From Trichoplax adhaerens (taxonomy: Eukaryota > Animalia > Placozoa): a DNA stretch of 64,000 nucleotides. Position numbers and translations under genes: made by a program. The notes beneath the pieces are model-generated. The model was not told where the DNA came from and ran no database searches. It was given only the letters and a program-made list of their open reading frames with translations. Position 1 is the first letter of the stretch; every line of letters begins with the position of its first letter. Positions 49,087 through 64,000 of this stretch are shown one piece after another. The DNA lies in NCBI RefSeq assembly GCF_000150275.1, contig NW_002060960.1, positions 412,189 through 476,188 of the forward strand, in the 5' to 3' direction.

Positions 49087-51815
49087 GAAATTCTAAACTA
49101 TCATTTCTATAATATCTTATATCTTTTATCTGTTTCAACCGCAGACACGGCTCTGAAACAGTAATCAGTATACAGTGCTATATCACGTTTATAGCTCGTA
49201 TTATTTCGTCGTTACTCTAGAACTAAATTATTTGCAAATGAACCTGTTGCAAGTGAAAATGCATGCTCTTATAGATACGTCATAATTTCTGTATCAGCTT
49301 TATTGCTTTTTAATCAAAGCTGGATCTTAATAGGCTCAGATGTTGGTATATTTAATGGCTATATCAGTTCCTCTGCTTATCATTTATCATCTAAGACGTA
49401 GAATTGTCTTAATATTGGATTTACCGTCCAATATAAAGCTAGGATGAGATACATGAACACACTTAAGAGTCAGCTATCTACGCTTACTGTTACGTTAAAT
49501 ACAGTATCTAACTGCAGTGTGCACCATTATTTACAATGCTTGCAATTACATTTTGCATATTTGTAAAGCACACAAATAATACTGAGCAAAATATTGATTA
49601 AAGCAATAAAGAAAGCAATCAATACTTCGATTAATTATTCTATTATGCAACTGTTGTTTATTGAATATTTTTGATAGTTGCAGATCATAATTAATAAGAC
49701 ATACAGGACACAATGTAATGTGAGTAAAATTTGATAAATACGTATTTTATTTCATCGATAACGTTATTTACAAATCTCTAAAATTTCTTATTCTTGGAGA
49801 TTAAAAGAGACTAACTTTAATACTATATCTCTTTGAAAGATCTGATTGATAGCGGCAGCAAAAATTTTATATTGGACGTCCTTTTGCATTAGCAAGCTAG
49901 CTCGTCAAAAAAATTCGTATTCTTCAGCTTGGTAATACGTAATTTGGAGGGTAGTCAAAAATGAAATTGAATATGCCCCAACTAAATGTGAACAGTTATG
50001 AAAAAGTTGCCAAGTTCATTTTTATACTTCAAGTACATCAATCATAAGTACAGAACACGCCATAAACATACAAACTTAAAATTCACTTTCAAAAGAGCCG
50101 AAACCTTCATAGAAACTATTTCTAGAAGTACTCAAACTTTCTTCAGTGAGAAAGCCCACAGGTATCACAGCACTCTTTACTGTTATTATGCAATTACATC
50201 CAGATGTTCTACATGTAAAGTGAAAGTCATCTGGAGCTATACCTCATCGCAAAATATATATAGAATTATCAACAGAAAAATATTAAAATACAGTGCCGAT
50301 TAATTAAAATAAGTGTTTCATAACCTACTTTAAATACGATTGAACACAGCGTATGCTTTCAAAGAAGATGTACCCTATTCGTTATTAGCAGTAAACCAGG
50401 AAATAGACCTTTCTACTAATTCTTTGATCAGGTGAAGCGACAGAAAAGAATTAATAACTCTAACCAATAAACCCTCTTCGTTTAAATTTTGAAAATCTGC
50501 ATACGAGTATAATTTTGCTATTCGTCATTACAATGAATTCTTAAGGTTAGGACTTAGATAACTCTCCTAGCACAACATATCCTTATCTTATATGTTCATT
50601 ATAAACTCAGCTATCTATTAACTTGATATAATAACTGTGTTCAAGAAAATTTATAACAAATTCAGGCATGCAGTATACAGTACTTCAGTGATCAAGGAAG
50701 TTAACTCAATTAGTGAAATTATCTATTACATTATCGAGATCGTAAATTTTGATGAATTTGAGGAACACCTTCGAACTCTTTAAGTATAACGATACAATGT
50801 AAGGCTATCAAAAATGATGAAGCGCATAGATAGATTATAGAATCCATACATTTCAAAATCAAACCATATTAGATTTACTAGACCAAAAATTGTTATATTA
50901 ATGTAGTTACTACACTAATTACTTCGGCAATTGCGATATGTAAAAAATATAGCCACTTAGAGAGTAACATAATTTTTAATTAGTAATATTTTAGTTAATA
51001 TTTATAGGGTAATATATCACTTTGGTAAAAACTGTGCTAATTGACTAAATCTCTCTACGGTAATCATAATGGTGGAGTTTATATATTGCACTCTAATAAA
51101 GTAGTTATAAGTGGCAGAATTATTAACCTCCACATAATTCAAGCGGTGGATTTATACCAAACTATCTAATAGTAGCTAATTTTGGCTGTAATATTAGTAG
51201 ACATAGATATCTAATGTTTTATTTTAGATTGTCAGATTACATCATGTTTTTATGAAATGGTTTATTAACAGCACAAGATCTATCATAAACTAATTATTTA
51301 ATTATAATCAATACGACTAGCAAGGTAGATATGAGTAATGTACTACAACTACCTGGTACGATAACATGTAAAAATATTAGTACGGTGCAATGGAATAGGC
51401 TATTTACCGCAGTACAATCGCAATTTGTTTTTCTTACTGTAAGCATTTAGGCTCGATTACTTTATGAGAGAATTAAAATTATTTAATTTACCAATCTATT
51501 TCTATGATAGTTTGTATAATAACATTACAATATGCATTTAGATTGCAATTATAAACCCATGTGTGCCGCCATTACCTAACTTAGTGTATGTGGACTGTAA
51601 AGAAACTCTCAGGATAAATTTTACAACGAAAATCAATCCCTGAAATTTGCAGCTTTTGCATTACAATTAAAGTCTTTACGAAATAATAGCTAACATAACG
51701 AATATAATTCGATGTAGCGCTATCTTTATAAAAGCTGTATTGGACAAGTCTGATTAATATGAATTCTAAAAGGTTATATAAGAGCTATATTGGACTTGTC
51801 CAATTAGTATGAATT

Positions 51816-54800
51816 CTAAAAGCTTGCTTGATTCAGTTCCCCATTCGTATACAAGTTTTCATACTATAAAATACATAGGTAAGCTATAGCTTAATAATAT
51901 TTAAAATTTTTGCACAGTTATTGTTAAGCAAATTATCAAAATTAGGTAAACTTGTTACTTACCGACATGAAACAATTTCATTTTATTATGCATCGCTATT
52001 TTTATACTATATTGCATAAATAATATCATAACTTACCTTAGTAATTCTATGATCACTGCTAGAAGAAGCTTTATCTTCTTTTTTAGCAGCTTTTAATAGA
52101 AAATAAAGCACTTATGATTATACTGGGCACTGTGCAGTGTGCATATAGAGATAAGATTAAATTCTTAATACTGTTTGTCTATATAGTATTGCTATCAGTT
52201 AATCTATAAGGATCCTTAGTAAATGACAATCGTTCGAATTTAAAGTTATCGAAACTACTGGTTAGTGTCTATGTATAATTATAATGCTCGTAGCTTATGC
52301 AGACATGACATGTAACTTTAAAATATATTTTGAAAATAACTTAGCAAGTTAGCTTAGTATAAATTGTAAATGCTTATTTTGATAAAACTGTTAGTATACA
52401 GCAGATACATAAGGTAAAATATAAAGTAATTAAAATGCTGCTACTCATTAACAAAAAATTTTGCTAAAACGTACTTACTTTCAAAATTTGGAGTTGTAGA
52501 ATTCTCATTCTTAAGGTATGGTAATCTAGACTTGCACCAATTTATTTCTCCCTATTTTATCGCCATGACATAAAATGTATTAATTCATCTTCGATGTTCG
52601 ATTTTTTAAAGTTATTTACTGTTGATTTTTTTAAATTAAAATGTTTAACGCAATATTGACAAACAACCTAGTAAAATATTATAAAATAGATATTAAAATT
52701 AATTATTTATAAAAATGCTTCATATATTAGTGCAATTATATCCTTATTTATGAGATTTTCCGTAAGCTTCAGACAATACAAACTGCAGTGATTTACTAAG
52801 CTGATAAGAGGATCACTTACCGTTTTAAGACCGTGATAAATTATATTTATACATCCATAGAATGCAAATACATAAAGTCCCTAGTGATATATAACGTTTA
52901 TGAAGTATGTGAGTATTATTATTTAAGTCATAATCAATGTACATTTTCTATTTTCAGCAATTTCATCAAAAAATTACATTTATATTAATTATGCCTAGAT
53001 GAAATAAAATATTTCCATATTTTCGTACTGTAGTAAAAATCGATCTTTAATTTATTTAAAAGCAAAACTGCTCTTGCAGCGGAAGATGCGGGTAGCTACT
53101 TTTTTTACAAGCTATTGATAATATAGAATTTTCATACCTTTATAACGCACACTGCTGCAAAAATATGCTGCAATATTGTATTGTTGAAGGCAATAAATAG
53201 CACAAATAGTGTCCAGCAAATAGCAAGCATTAGCAGAAGAACGGTTGCTTCAGGCAAATATAGTCTATAATTTTGAAATTAGTTTTAATTATAGTCTTTC
53301 GGCAAAGTAGGGTATTAATAATATGCTAAGTTTCAACTTCATAACATATACTTCTTAATGATATGATATTCATCCTCATGGAAAAAGTTGTTCATAATGC
53401 TCAGTTTCCTTGAATTCTTATACCCAAACGAAATTGTGATCGCAGCACCCTGTATATTTCATATTTCGCAGAATAAGTCTCTAGGTTAGATTTACAAAAT
53501 ACACTAAATTGCGTCTAGAAGAAATCATGGCAGATTCGTTTTGATGTAATAATTATAATTACATCAATTTCTACATTGCAGCATATATGGAATTTCATTT
53601 CAACTGTACTAAACAGTGAAATAATCAATTGATTGACATGGTAGTGATTACAATCACTAGTGCTTAAGTACTAATGGTATGAACAGATTCACTATTCTAA
53701 TCTACATCTGCAATACAGTAATTTAAAACATTAAGCTCATATGTATAGAATCCTAATTTGTCAACATATCATGAACAGATACGAAATGTGTGATAATGCG
53801 TCGCATAGAATACGATACTGTATAATAATATAAGATATTACACATATATTTATGAAGAAATTATATTAAGATCTTACATTATAACATAATTAATCCTTAC
53901 CAGTATCATGAGCATTATAGAAATAACGAATATCAAAATTATTGGTGGATTAGTTCTCAGCCAGCACCTATAAATTGTTGATCGTCATAGATATTGTCAA
54001 ACAAAATACAGTTAATTAATATGAATCTTAGTCAACCATTAAGAATTTAAGCCCTTAACATTACGTAAGAGTAACTACAAGCAGAGCTAATGAAACTAAT
54101 ACATACGTCAATGTCATTATTTGCACCGATGTGCAATTTAACTTACGAATTATCTTGTATGTAATTATCAATTCCTGCTATATTGATTGTAACAGCAGCG
54201 GTTACAACCGCAATAGCGATCGCTAAAACTAAAATATAACCAAAACGAATATTTATAGTTCATTATACATATGCACTGGCCATAATAAAAAATTAATAAT
54301 AAATTATTTTTGAGATTTTTTCTTCTCTTAACGTTAATATAGTAATCAGTTTACATAAAAAAATTAGCATGGTATATTTGTATATAGATACTACTTACCA
54401 AAGGTACATAATATGAAATATTTGCAGGCTTTATTTGTATTTGACGCTCTACTTGCAGATTTAAACAAGTAGAAAGTTTGACACAGCATCCAAGCAAAAG
54501 ATGCCAAAAGTACATAGTGTAATACGGTGGCTAATATTACACATTGTAACTGAAATATATTGTAAAATAGAGTATAAGATTGGTAATATAAGAGATTTAA
54601 TCCACTAATTATGAAATACATACGTATTGAATAGAATAGCAGTTAAGAGATTTTATTCCTAGTTACGTGATATCAAACCTTCGATTCAGTTCGCGTTAAT
54701 CCGAAGATGATAATAAGATTAGCAATGAGCAAACAAATGAATATATTGAGGTTGATACTGCTAAATATTTGATGTGTTTGCCTAATTGAATAAAAGAAAT

Positions 54801-57800
54801 GAACATTTATTTTGAAAAATTAGCTTCTAGCTGAAGTATTCGCTCTAACCATAAGTTTTTTTCTCTGGATAATTTAATTAAAATATAGTAATTACAGCAT
54901 TAGAAGAACGATACTTAACATCGCTTAAAATTCTTTGTATAACTCAAATACAATATTTCATATAACTATGACTAGTTATAACATAAAAGTGGTGAAAATG
55001 GCAGTCGTATGATAATTTTAGCCATTGTAAAATATTCGATTTAGTAATACTCACATACCTCCAATAAATAACATGAATTGCGATGGTCAATACTAGAAAG
55101 AAGCTAGATAAGCCACAGCCAATGTAAGTTGTAGTTTCCAATTTAATTTTAGTAATCTACATTTAAATTACAAACAATACCGTATTTAATTGATTAGATT
55201 GGCATTTACAGTAGTTTACTATCAATTGCATAGTAATTCAGTTCGAGATTATTTTACCTTAGTTTAATAGTGAAATTTTAAGCAATTGTTTTGCATCTTA
55301 TATGAATCAATTTCAATTCATAAGTAATTTAGTAGTTGAATATAAGGATATCTGATTATAAAAGTACCACTAAATATCATGTCGAACTTTATTTACGTAA
55401 TGAAACATAAATTCTACAATATAATTTTGTTGTTAATCATAGTAGTTCATTAGGTAAACTGCTATACAGCTATCAAAAGCTTTTCAAGACATAAACTTAT
55501 ATGTAATAAAAATATGAAGACATTTATGTTAATATAAGGACTCACAGGGACATTAGACAGGATAGTCGCAAAAGTAGTCGTATGATTGCAATAGCAGACG
55601 GTATGAGTTAAATTGGATTCTAAACCCATCCAGCACCCTGTTGTTTCCCACGTGCAGTAACTGTAATGTTAATTAAATTTTGATAATTAGAAATATTTGC
55701 ATCAATAACTACCTATTATTGGCTAGTTAATCATGATTAGTTCGTTTCTATGCCTCAAAGTAACGCTATGACTATTGTTAACAATAATAATAATGTAAGT
55801 TGATTAATACGTATTATCGTTCCATTGAAATCCTTTCTTAAAAGAGGCAAATTGCAATTAATAATCAAGCATACATAGCGAAAAATTTTTACTTATTTTG
55901 AGATTTAAAATTAATTTGTATCGCAACTATGCCGCTTTAGCACCTTAATTTACTTATTAATTTGAAAATCGTGAACCTATCTGTAGTTAGAATGAATCAA
56001 TAATACTGGGCGCAAAAATATTAATCGTTGAAAACTTACCGGGATTGAGGTTGCCAATATGAACAATGTCGCTGACTGGATTGGCTACTTAAAAATGTCG
56101 ACTGGAATCAAAAATTAAATAGCGGTTACTTCAAATGAAGTAATGTATAATTTGGGCTTTATCATTATACAGAGAACAAAATTACGGTTTCTATTTCAGT
56201 AAGACTTTAATACATACTACAATGATTTAAATTTCGGTATTGGCAAATTATTGCAGCACATCCAAGTTAACAATAGTATAATCAGTAAACCTACATTTTT
56301 GTTAATAAAGGTAATCTTCAACGGCTGATATAAATTTTTATTTATCTTTGGATACATTGAGGTAGAGATAATATGGGAATTAACGGAGTGTGTGCCAGTA
56401 CTGGTTCCATTTATCAACGATATGTCGTTAAAAACGATAAAATTAGATATACTGGTAGCATAAGCATGTAGAACTGTAGTCTGATAGCACTTGAATCGAA
56501 ATAATATTCGTATAAACGTCATGTCAACGTTGACCGCTCATTAAAATACCGGTAATGCTTCAGATTTTGACAATTTATTAATATATTACCGATTAACTTC
56601 CATGGTTGATGGGATAACTGCATCAAGAGTTTTATATATTACCACCACCAGTTTTTGAACTATAAAATTGGTACATAAGTAGTAATAAGACTCGGATATT
56701 ACTAAAACAATTTACGATTCCTACTTGTATTAAATATTACATCTACGTACACTGATCATGTTGAACGGCTAGGCCTGGAATATTCATTTCAATGTTAGTT
56801 GCTAAATGGGCATCGTCAACATAGGTAAGATTGCCTACGCTTTCAGCAGAAAAACTCAAATTCCTGACAATAATCGCTGAAGAGTAAATAATTTGGCTTA
56901 GATATTGTCAAATTTACTCTTTAATCAACTATTTCATAGATTGTAACTTCTTTATAAAATAAAACATTTAATGTCGGTAATATATGAAAGAGTATATTAC
57001 CTATATTATCGTTTGTAGTAGTAAATGTTTCATTGTCTGGAATGCTATTTAGTTTGCTTGCAAAATCTTCTAAAGTGTCCATGATTGGAATTTTATTGTT
57101 ACTTGCATCTCGACAAAACTGTAAACAATGAATACATTGTTTTAATGCTATTTGCTTGCTATATCTGTATAAAGCACGAATACTGTATAGCAATACATAA
57201 ATAGAAGCTAATGCTTTAAAACAAAAATTTTCTACAAGTATTTAAACCATAATTTATTTATAGTCATGCCTACTTTATTTTCATATTTCCATGCTAATTT
57301 GTTTCGTAAGTTTAGAAGATTACTTTGTACCTTCATGAATTTCTATATAGTATAAGATATGAATTATGAATATAACGCTAAGAGCACCAATTTAAAGAAA
57401 CAAATAATCTTAGTAATTGTAATTATGACCTATAAGGATTTAGCTAAATTATGATAACCGTAAAGCATCGTACTTATGAACTTACAGTAAGTGTAGTGGT
57501 GTTCACTGTTTTCGAAACCTGATTAATTTTAGTCATTATTTCTAGTGTTTGGACAATATCACCTCCATACAACGTTTTGTTTGCCGTAGCAGTATCCAAC
57601 TCATTTATGACCTCATCTGAAACGCTTGGTCCACTTATGTTCAATCTGTTAGCCTAGAGAACAATTACAAAATTATAGTATGTTTACAGCTTTTAAAAGA
57701 ATTTTAGACTAATACTTTACAGTATTATTGTAATTACTATAGTTTCTACTCTACTAAATGTATACTTGCAAATATAAAGCCGTAACTTAGCCGATAGTCT

Positions 57801-60800
57801 ATGTGTTTAAAATTGTAGCTTTTTCATTGGTTATTACCAAACTAGTCATGGCAGCAAAAGTTGGTGATTTACATCCTGTAGTGTCGATTGATTCCCAAAT
57901 TGGCAAGCTACCGCTTCTAATACTGCATAAACGTGAAGCATTACCTATCCCACAAAGATATGACGGTCAATTTCTTATCAAAGTAAATAATATACTTTTC
58001 TATTAACTTATGACCATATAGGTATCTATCTTTAATATCTAAGTTTAATTCGACAGTAGAGTTAGATGTGAGATAGGCTTAAGATATTAATGGCCCAGAT
58101 AGTTGTCTATTTAGATTACCCTGAATTGAAGAAGGACAAGAAACTAATGCCGTTTTTCCACGATATGTTTTTGGCCATCGCATATCATTTGTTACTTCAC
58201 CCAAACAAAAATCTGTCGTATTTTTATCTTTAAAAATATTTATTAGTCAAGCCTTCTATAGTATGCAAGCACGTATAATTAATTATTATCTGTGTATCAT
58301 TAGCGTAATATCATATCAAAAATCTAACCTTTAACAGATATAACTGCCATAGCTGATGATATGGACCCTATAACGTTCGTAAACTGACACCAATGTGATC
58401 CATTATCTCCAGTGTTAACATCTATGATAATTAATTTCCCATAGCCAGGACTAATTAACATGTTATATGCCGAACTAGTAAGTTCGCCATCTTTCATCCA
58501 TTTAACACTCGGAATAGGATCACCTGTTGCTGTACATTCTAGAGTTAAAGTAGCTCCAGCTTTAATAGAAATACTCTGAGGTGATTGGGTGACATTAGGT
58601 GCAACTACAATATCAAAAGATCATCATATTAATACAGATCATTTTATCATTGCAGTAATTAGTGACATATGAGATAGTTAGCGAATAGCTGCAACGTAAA
58701 CTTATTACCAGCATTATGTGTTTCATATATAATCGATCTACTATAAGGTCCAAAACCAACTGAAGTCGATGCTGCCAATTGTATGGAGTAATTTTGTTGA
58801 GGTTGTAAATATTGCAATGTATGCTGAGTAATATTACCAACAATTATAATATTGTCAACAATCGGTTGTTTTAATAGGTTATATTTAATTCGATATCCGG
58901 TAATGATGCCGTTATGATCATTTATAGGAGGTACATTCCATACAACCATAGCTGAGGTAGCACCCTGAGCGGTAGGTAATATTCTTATATCTACTGGTGT
59001 GGCGCTAGGTACTGTAGAATTATGTCAAGGAATTATTTACGCGGAATACGGTAGTATATTTATGATCTAATAAAATGACTTCAGCTCGATTTTGTAGAAA
59101 ATAAAGCATTCTAGTAACATTGTGAGTTATTTATATTACTTAAATTACGAATAACACCAAGGTAATTTAAAAGACAATACAATATGGATTAAAACATACC
59201 TGATTCTAAAGTATTGATGATATATTCGTTACTTCGTGGACTTACACCAGCTATTGTAAAAGCTTGTATGGATATCTTATATTTTGAAAAATACTTCATG
59301 TTGAAAACGGTATAATTTCTAGAGTTACCAAGCAAGAACGTCTGATTTTCGTAGACTGTTAGATTGCTAACAAATTTATTGTTAGCATTATCAAGAATAA
59401 AGTGATAACCGAGTATAACTCCATTGCTAAATCTTTCAGAGATGACCTTAATTGCAAGTAATGAAATAGCATTACAAATAGCTCGAGAAACATCGTACTG
59501 TACAAAATAGGATTTACTTAAATCATCTTATACAATGCTGACGTACTTGCCATCCGATATTAACACTGTTATTACTAACAAGTGAAATCAATTGCACCAT
59601 AGGGCTTTCACTAGGTGCTATATTTAGTGATAATTTATAAAATGATTATACTTAGTACTTAGAAATAGATCACAAGTATAAGCATGGCATATCATATAAT
59701 ACAAGGATAGGTTATAATGACATCGTTATCATCACCTGCTTGGCGTGTTATCACAGATATGACTGGACTTTCTGGCCCTAATCCGATAATTGTTGCCGCT
59801 TTCATGGTAATATTGTATACAGTAAACGGTGATAAATTCATTAGTAATTTTGATGTTGTTGTAGCATTGACTGTAATGTTGCCGTAATCGTTCCACCGGG
59901 AAGAATTATAGCTAATCTTATAAGCGATAATAATGCCATTACGATCACTTAGTAAAACTGGCTGCCAGGAAAGGGTAATAGATGAGGCAGATATAACTAA
60001 ACTTTTCACATTCTGAGGGTAGGATTGAGGTGCTAGAACATGACAGGAATCATTTACTTTAGCTAATTAGAAATGATTAATGATTTTATTAAGACTATCA
60101 TATTTCATGCTAAAATCAGTTTTAGTTTAAACCTGCTTGATAAGTCGTTGATGATAGTGTAGGACTTTCAGGGCCAAAGCCGATCGCTGTTGCTGCTTTT
60201 ATACCGATATTATATGACGTAAATGGACTTAAATGAGTTAATTTTACCGTAGTCGTGGAACTATTAACCATGAAATCTTTATTTGTATTCCACTGTGTCG
60301 AATTGTAATATACCATATATGATACGATTACGCCGTTGCGATTGAAAAGCGCTAGTGGTTGCCATGAAAGTTCAATGGCAGTCGCAGAAATTACTCGTGA
60401 AATTATATTTTGTGGATAGGATCTGGGTACTATAATTCAATTAGAGTACAGTAGTATATTCCCAAAATTAGAATCAATAGAAAGCATCCGTTAGAAAATC
60501 AGACATTTAACAAAATAATTAATTATTATAGAAGACAGAACATTTTCTGATTATAATACGTAAAATTTTATTATATTTACGAGAATGGATCAAACCTGAT
60601 TGATGTGTTGTAGATGAAGTAGACGGACTTGCTGTCCCAAAGCCAGCTATCGTTGCTGCTTTGATGCTGATTATGTATTTAGTATAAGGAATTAAGCCAT
60701 TCAATATCGCCGTAGTAAGTGACGAATTGATGTGAACTACACCACTATCACTCCACTGCGTAGAATTATAGTAAAGCTGATACATGATTATAACTCCGTT

Positions 60801-63800
60801 TCGGTCAAATAAGGGTAATGGCTGCCATGAAATGTTTATTTCTGCAGCTGATATTGCTGATGAATTCAAACTTGGTGGATATGATCTAGGCACTGTTTGA
60901 TATCATTATCGAAAAGTAAATTTATAAGTTATCTATGAAACTAAATTTTATGATATCTATACTTTAAATATATAAAACCGCATAAGCTATGAGTGTATTT
61001 AGAAAAATTATAATTTTAATACCCTAAAATTTTTGAATCAATTCTGTAAATAATTATATATATGCATAATTAATCAAACCTGCTTGATGTGTTGTCGATA
61101 CCAAAGGAGGACTCTTAGGTCCAAAACCAATGATTGTGCTAGCTCTAAAGGTAATCTTATATGTCGTATACGGAATCAAATTTTGCAGCGTTGCTGAAGT
61201 TACTGAATTATTAAATTGCAGGTAACCATGATCATCCCATCGAGTAGAATTAAAGTATATGCTATATGAGGTAATGATTCCGTTACGATCGTATGGTGAA
61301 AGTGGTTGCCATGAAATGTATATTGATGTTGGCGATATCGAAATGGCGTTATCATTTTGTGGATATGATCTTGGAACTAATTAAATAGTAAAGAACTTGT
61401 TGGTAACATAAGATACATAATTATGAAAATATTTATCACTGCTGTCTAAGAAATAATATGCATAATCGAAAACTTGGTTCTATAACTACGGTACAATCAC
61501 TAGAAATAGCATTGTAGATTTTTGCTGAAATTCTAGCTATACGCGCAACTCTATTGATCCGTCATCCATTTATCTCATTTTGTGATAGATAAGTGAATAT
61601 TTAAACGTCTTATTCTATTGCATTCTTTATTTTACTGTATTATTTATACCACGGTATATTATTGTTTTATGATATCGACTTATCTCCTTTCGTGATCAAG
61701 ATAAACTTAATTGCTTGACATTGGTAACGCTATTTGTTTTACTTATTTTCGCTTTATTATACAATCTTTTAATGCTTTATCTTTACCTGACTGTAACGTG
61801 GTTCCAACTACATACAGACTGCCTGGTCCAAATCCAATTGCTGTAGCTGCGTATACAGTGATTTTATACGTTGTATACGGCGTCAAACTTGGAATAACTA
61901 CAGATGTTACTAAATCATTAACGCGAATAACTCCATCAGTTCGACGTGATGTAGCATTATAAACCACTTTATATTCTGTAATGATGCCATTTCTGTCGAG
62001 TGGAGATAATGGCTCCCATTTGACACTTATAGATGTAGACGACAAATTCGAAATGGTAAAATCGGGTGGATACGAGCGTGGTGCTGTAACAAATGGTATA
62101 ATTTATTATTAACTTAAACTCAACTTTGTGATCTAATTCAAAACACAACCGTTTAAGCTATTCGAATAATATATAAACAGTGGTATTTAGTAAAGGGAAA
62201 CTTAGTTATTTAAGTACGGTATCTGATAAAATCTGCGTTATAACGCACTGCTTATAGTTTATTAATAAAAGCCATCTTATAGAAACACAGCTTGGATGGG
62301 AACTCAGATTACTTTAAAATAGTATCAATCTAATATGGCCATTGTACGAAATTTTTAAGATGCGATGGCTGCCTTAACATTGGTTGTAACTCTATGTTCA
62401 AATTGTAATATCAAATCTATCATAGTTACGAACGATATCAAGAATTGAGTTTCCTTGATTTACGTACTGATATCAAAGGCCATAGTATTAAATGAAACAT
62501 TTAATTCTTACCCGCTTCATAGGTCACAACCGATACATCAGGACTATTTGGCCCAAATCCTGCAATAGTAGCCGCTTTTACACTTACATTATAAGTAGTA
62601 TAAGGTATTAGTTCCAGTATTATTGTTGATAAATCGGAATCACTGACTTGAATTGAACCGGTATGGTGCCACTGCAAGGATTTGTAGCTAATATTATATG
62701 TTAAAATAATGCCATTCTGATTGAGCAGCATTAATGGATGCCATGAAACCTTGATCGAATTAGCGGTTAGCATCGTTGCATTGAGATTAGGAGGATAGGA
62801 ACTAGGTACTGAAATCACATAAATTAATGTTGATAATCTTATGACTATAGATACGATTTAAGAATAATTATTTGTACTGTAGTATTCTAGCTCGTATAGT
62901 AATTTTTGATTTGTTTTGATATATTTTACCTGTTTGATATGTCGTAGCTGATTCTATTGAACTTGCAGGCCCGTATCCTGCGATAGTTGTAGCTTTAAGA
63001 ACAGCATTGTAGTTAGTAAACGGAATTAAATTTCTTATAGTAATATTCATAATCGAACTGTCCACGTATATGGTAGCATGATCATTCCATTTAGTTGAAT
63101 TATAATTTATGCTATAGGAATTTATAATGCCATTGCAATCAAAAACTCTGAGCGGTTGCCATGCCACATAAATCGAAGTTGGCGATACAGCAGTAAAGTT
63201 AATATTTTGAGGATACGAACTGGGTGCTACAATTTATAAACCAATCAAATAAATTATTAGTTATGTTTTATGCAAACAATTCTTATAAGTTTAGCGTATT
63301 TTAAATCGTCGATACTGAATAATAGTTAATATTACAGATAAGCAAACACAGTTTTTACTGAAGAATTGAACAATTGATAGAGGTTATTTTAATTATATTC
63401 TGAGATGAAATTATACAGCTTAAATTCTAAGTCCCAATCATTAGTCGATAATTAATCATTTTTAGCGACAAATCTACTAATAAAATAATTTATAAACATC
63501 TTTACTAAGTTTCTTTTGATATTGAGGCAAAGGTTTTAGAAGTACTTAATGTTTACCGGCTTGATAAGTGATAGTCGATGTATATGGGCTATTCGGTCCA
63601 AATCCAGCGGCTGTCGCTGCATTGATTGTCACATTATATATGGTATAAGGTATTAAATCATACAATATCGTATTAAAGGTTGTTCCATTAACTTGAATTA
63701 TGCCTGTGTGATTCCATTGTAAGGAATTATAACTAACATTATAGGTTATAATAACACCATTGCGATTAAACAATATTACTGGCTGCCATGATATATTGAT

Positions 63801-63854
63801 GGAATTTGCCGTCAAAGCAGTTGCGTTGAGATTGAGCGGATAAAAACTCGGCGC
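51816..63854 (-). CDS. Adhesion GPCR, 5' end outside window: at least 10 FN3 repeats, Ig domain, hormone-receptor-like domain, GAIN/GPS, secretin-like 7TM
   Basis: FN3 exons at ~63557-63854, 62929-63226, 62511-62808, 61787-62084, 61079-61376, 60595-60892, 60132-60429, 59735-60032, 59200-59617 (split), 58709-59010; Ig exon ~58329-58607 (CTATGDPIPSVKW...YWC); GPS CSYW...WETTGC...CYCNHTTTFATIL (56101-55547); TM1 YIGCGLSSFFL, TM3 LHYVLLASFAWML, ECL2 CWL; tentative last exon 51863-51816. Confidence 0.92.
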
Positions 63855-64000
63855 TAAAATAACCATTATGCATATAAATGGTAATAAGCTTTAATAACAT
63901 CAACTAAAAGATATTTCATTATACTTACTTTAAAATTCTCTTAATTGATTACATTAAGAGTCTAACCTGATTGATAAGTTGTAGACGATGTTACTGGGCT

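Overview
AT-rich, intron-dense eukaryotic genomic DNA from an animal. Short GT-AG introns, a compact gene layout and a long intronless 42-aa TPR gene suggest a placozoan (Trichoplax-like); this is inference only. Nine protein-coding genes were reconstructed by eye: an MRP1-like ABCC transporter (+), MOSMO/C16orf52 (-), FAIM (+), a GPATCH8/ZNF804-like G-patch zinc-finger gene (-), an intronless 431-aa orphan (-), a phospholipid scramblase (+), a 1280-aa TPR-array protein (-), a small Cys-rich single-pass membrane protein (+), and the 3' part of an adhesion GPCR with at least 10 FN3 repeats, Ig, hormone-receptor-like, GAIN/GPS and 7TM domains (-). Most notable: (1) MOSMO is intact except for an in-frame TAG exactly at a conserved Trp codon; (2) a ~280-bp non-coding element (CCAAT box plus RTGGGAA motif) occurs twice in inverted orientation, each copy in a head-to-head intergenic interval; (3) a ~1-kb self-complementary TACAG/CTGTA array lies between the divergent MOSMO and FAIM genes; (4) the orphan has a motif order resembling a degenerate triphosphate-tunnel (CYTH) fold. 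Exon coordinates were read manually and may be off by a few bases.
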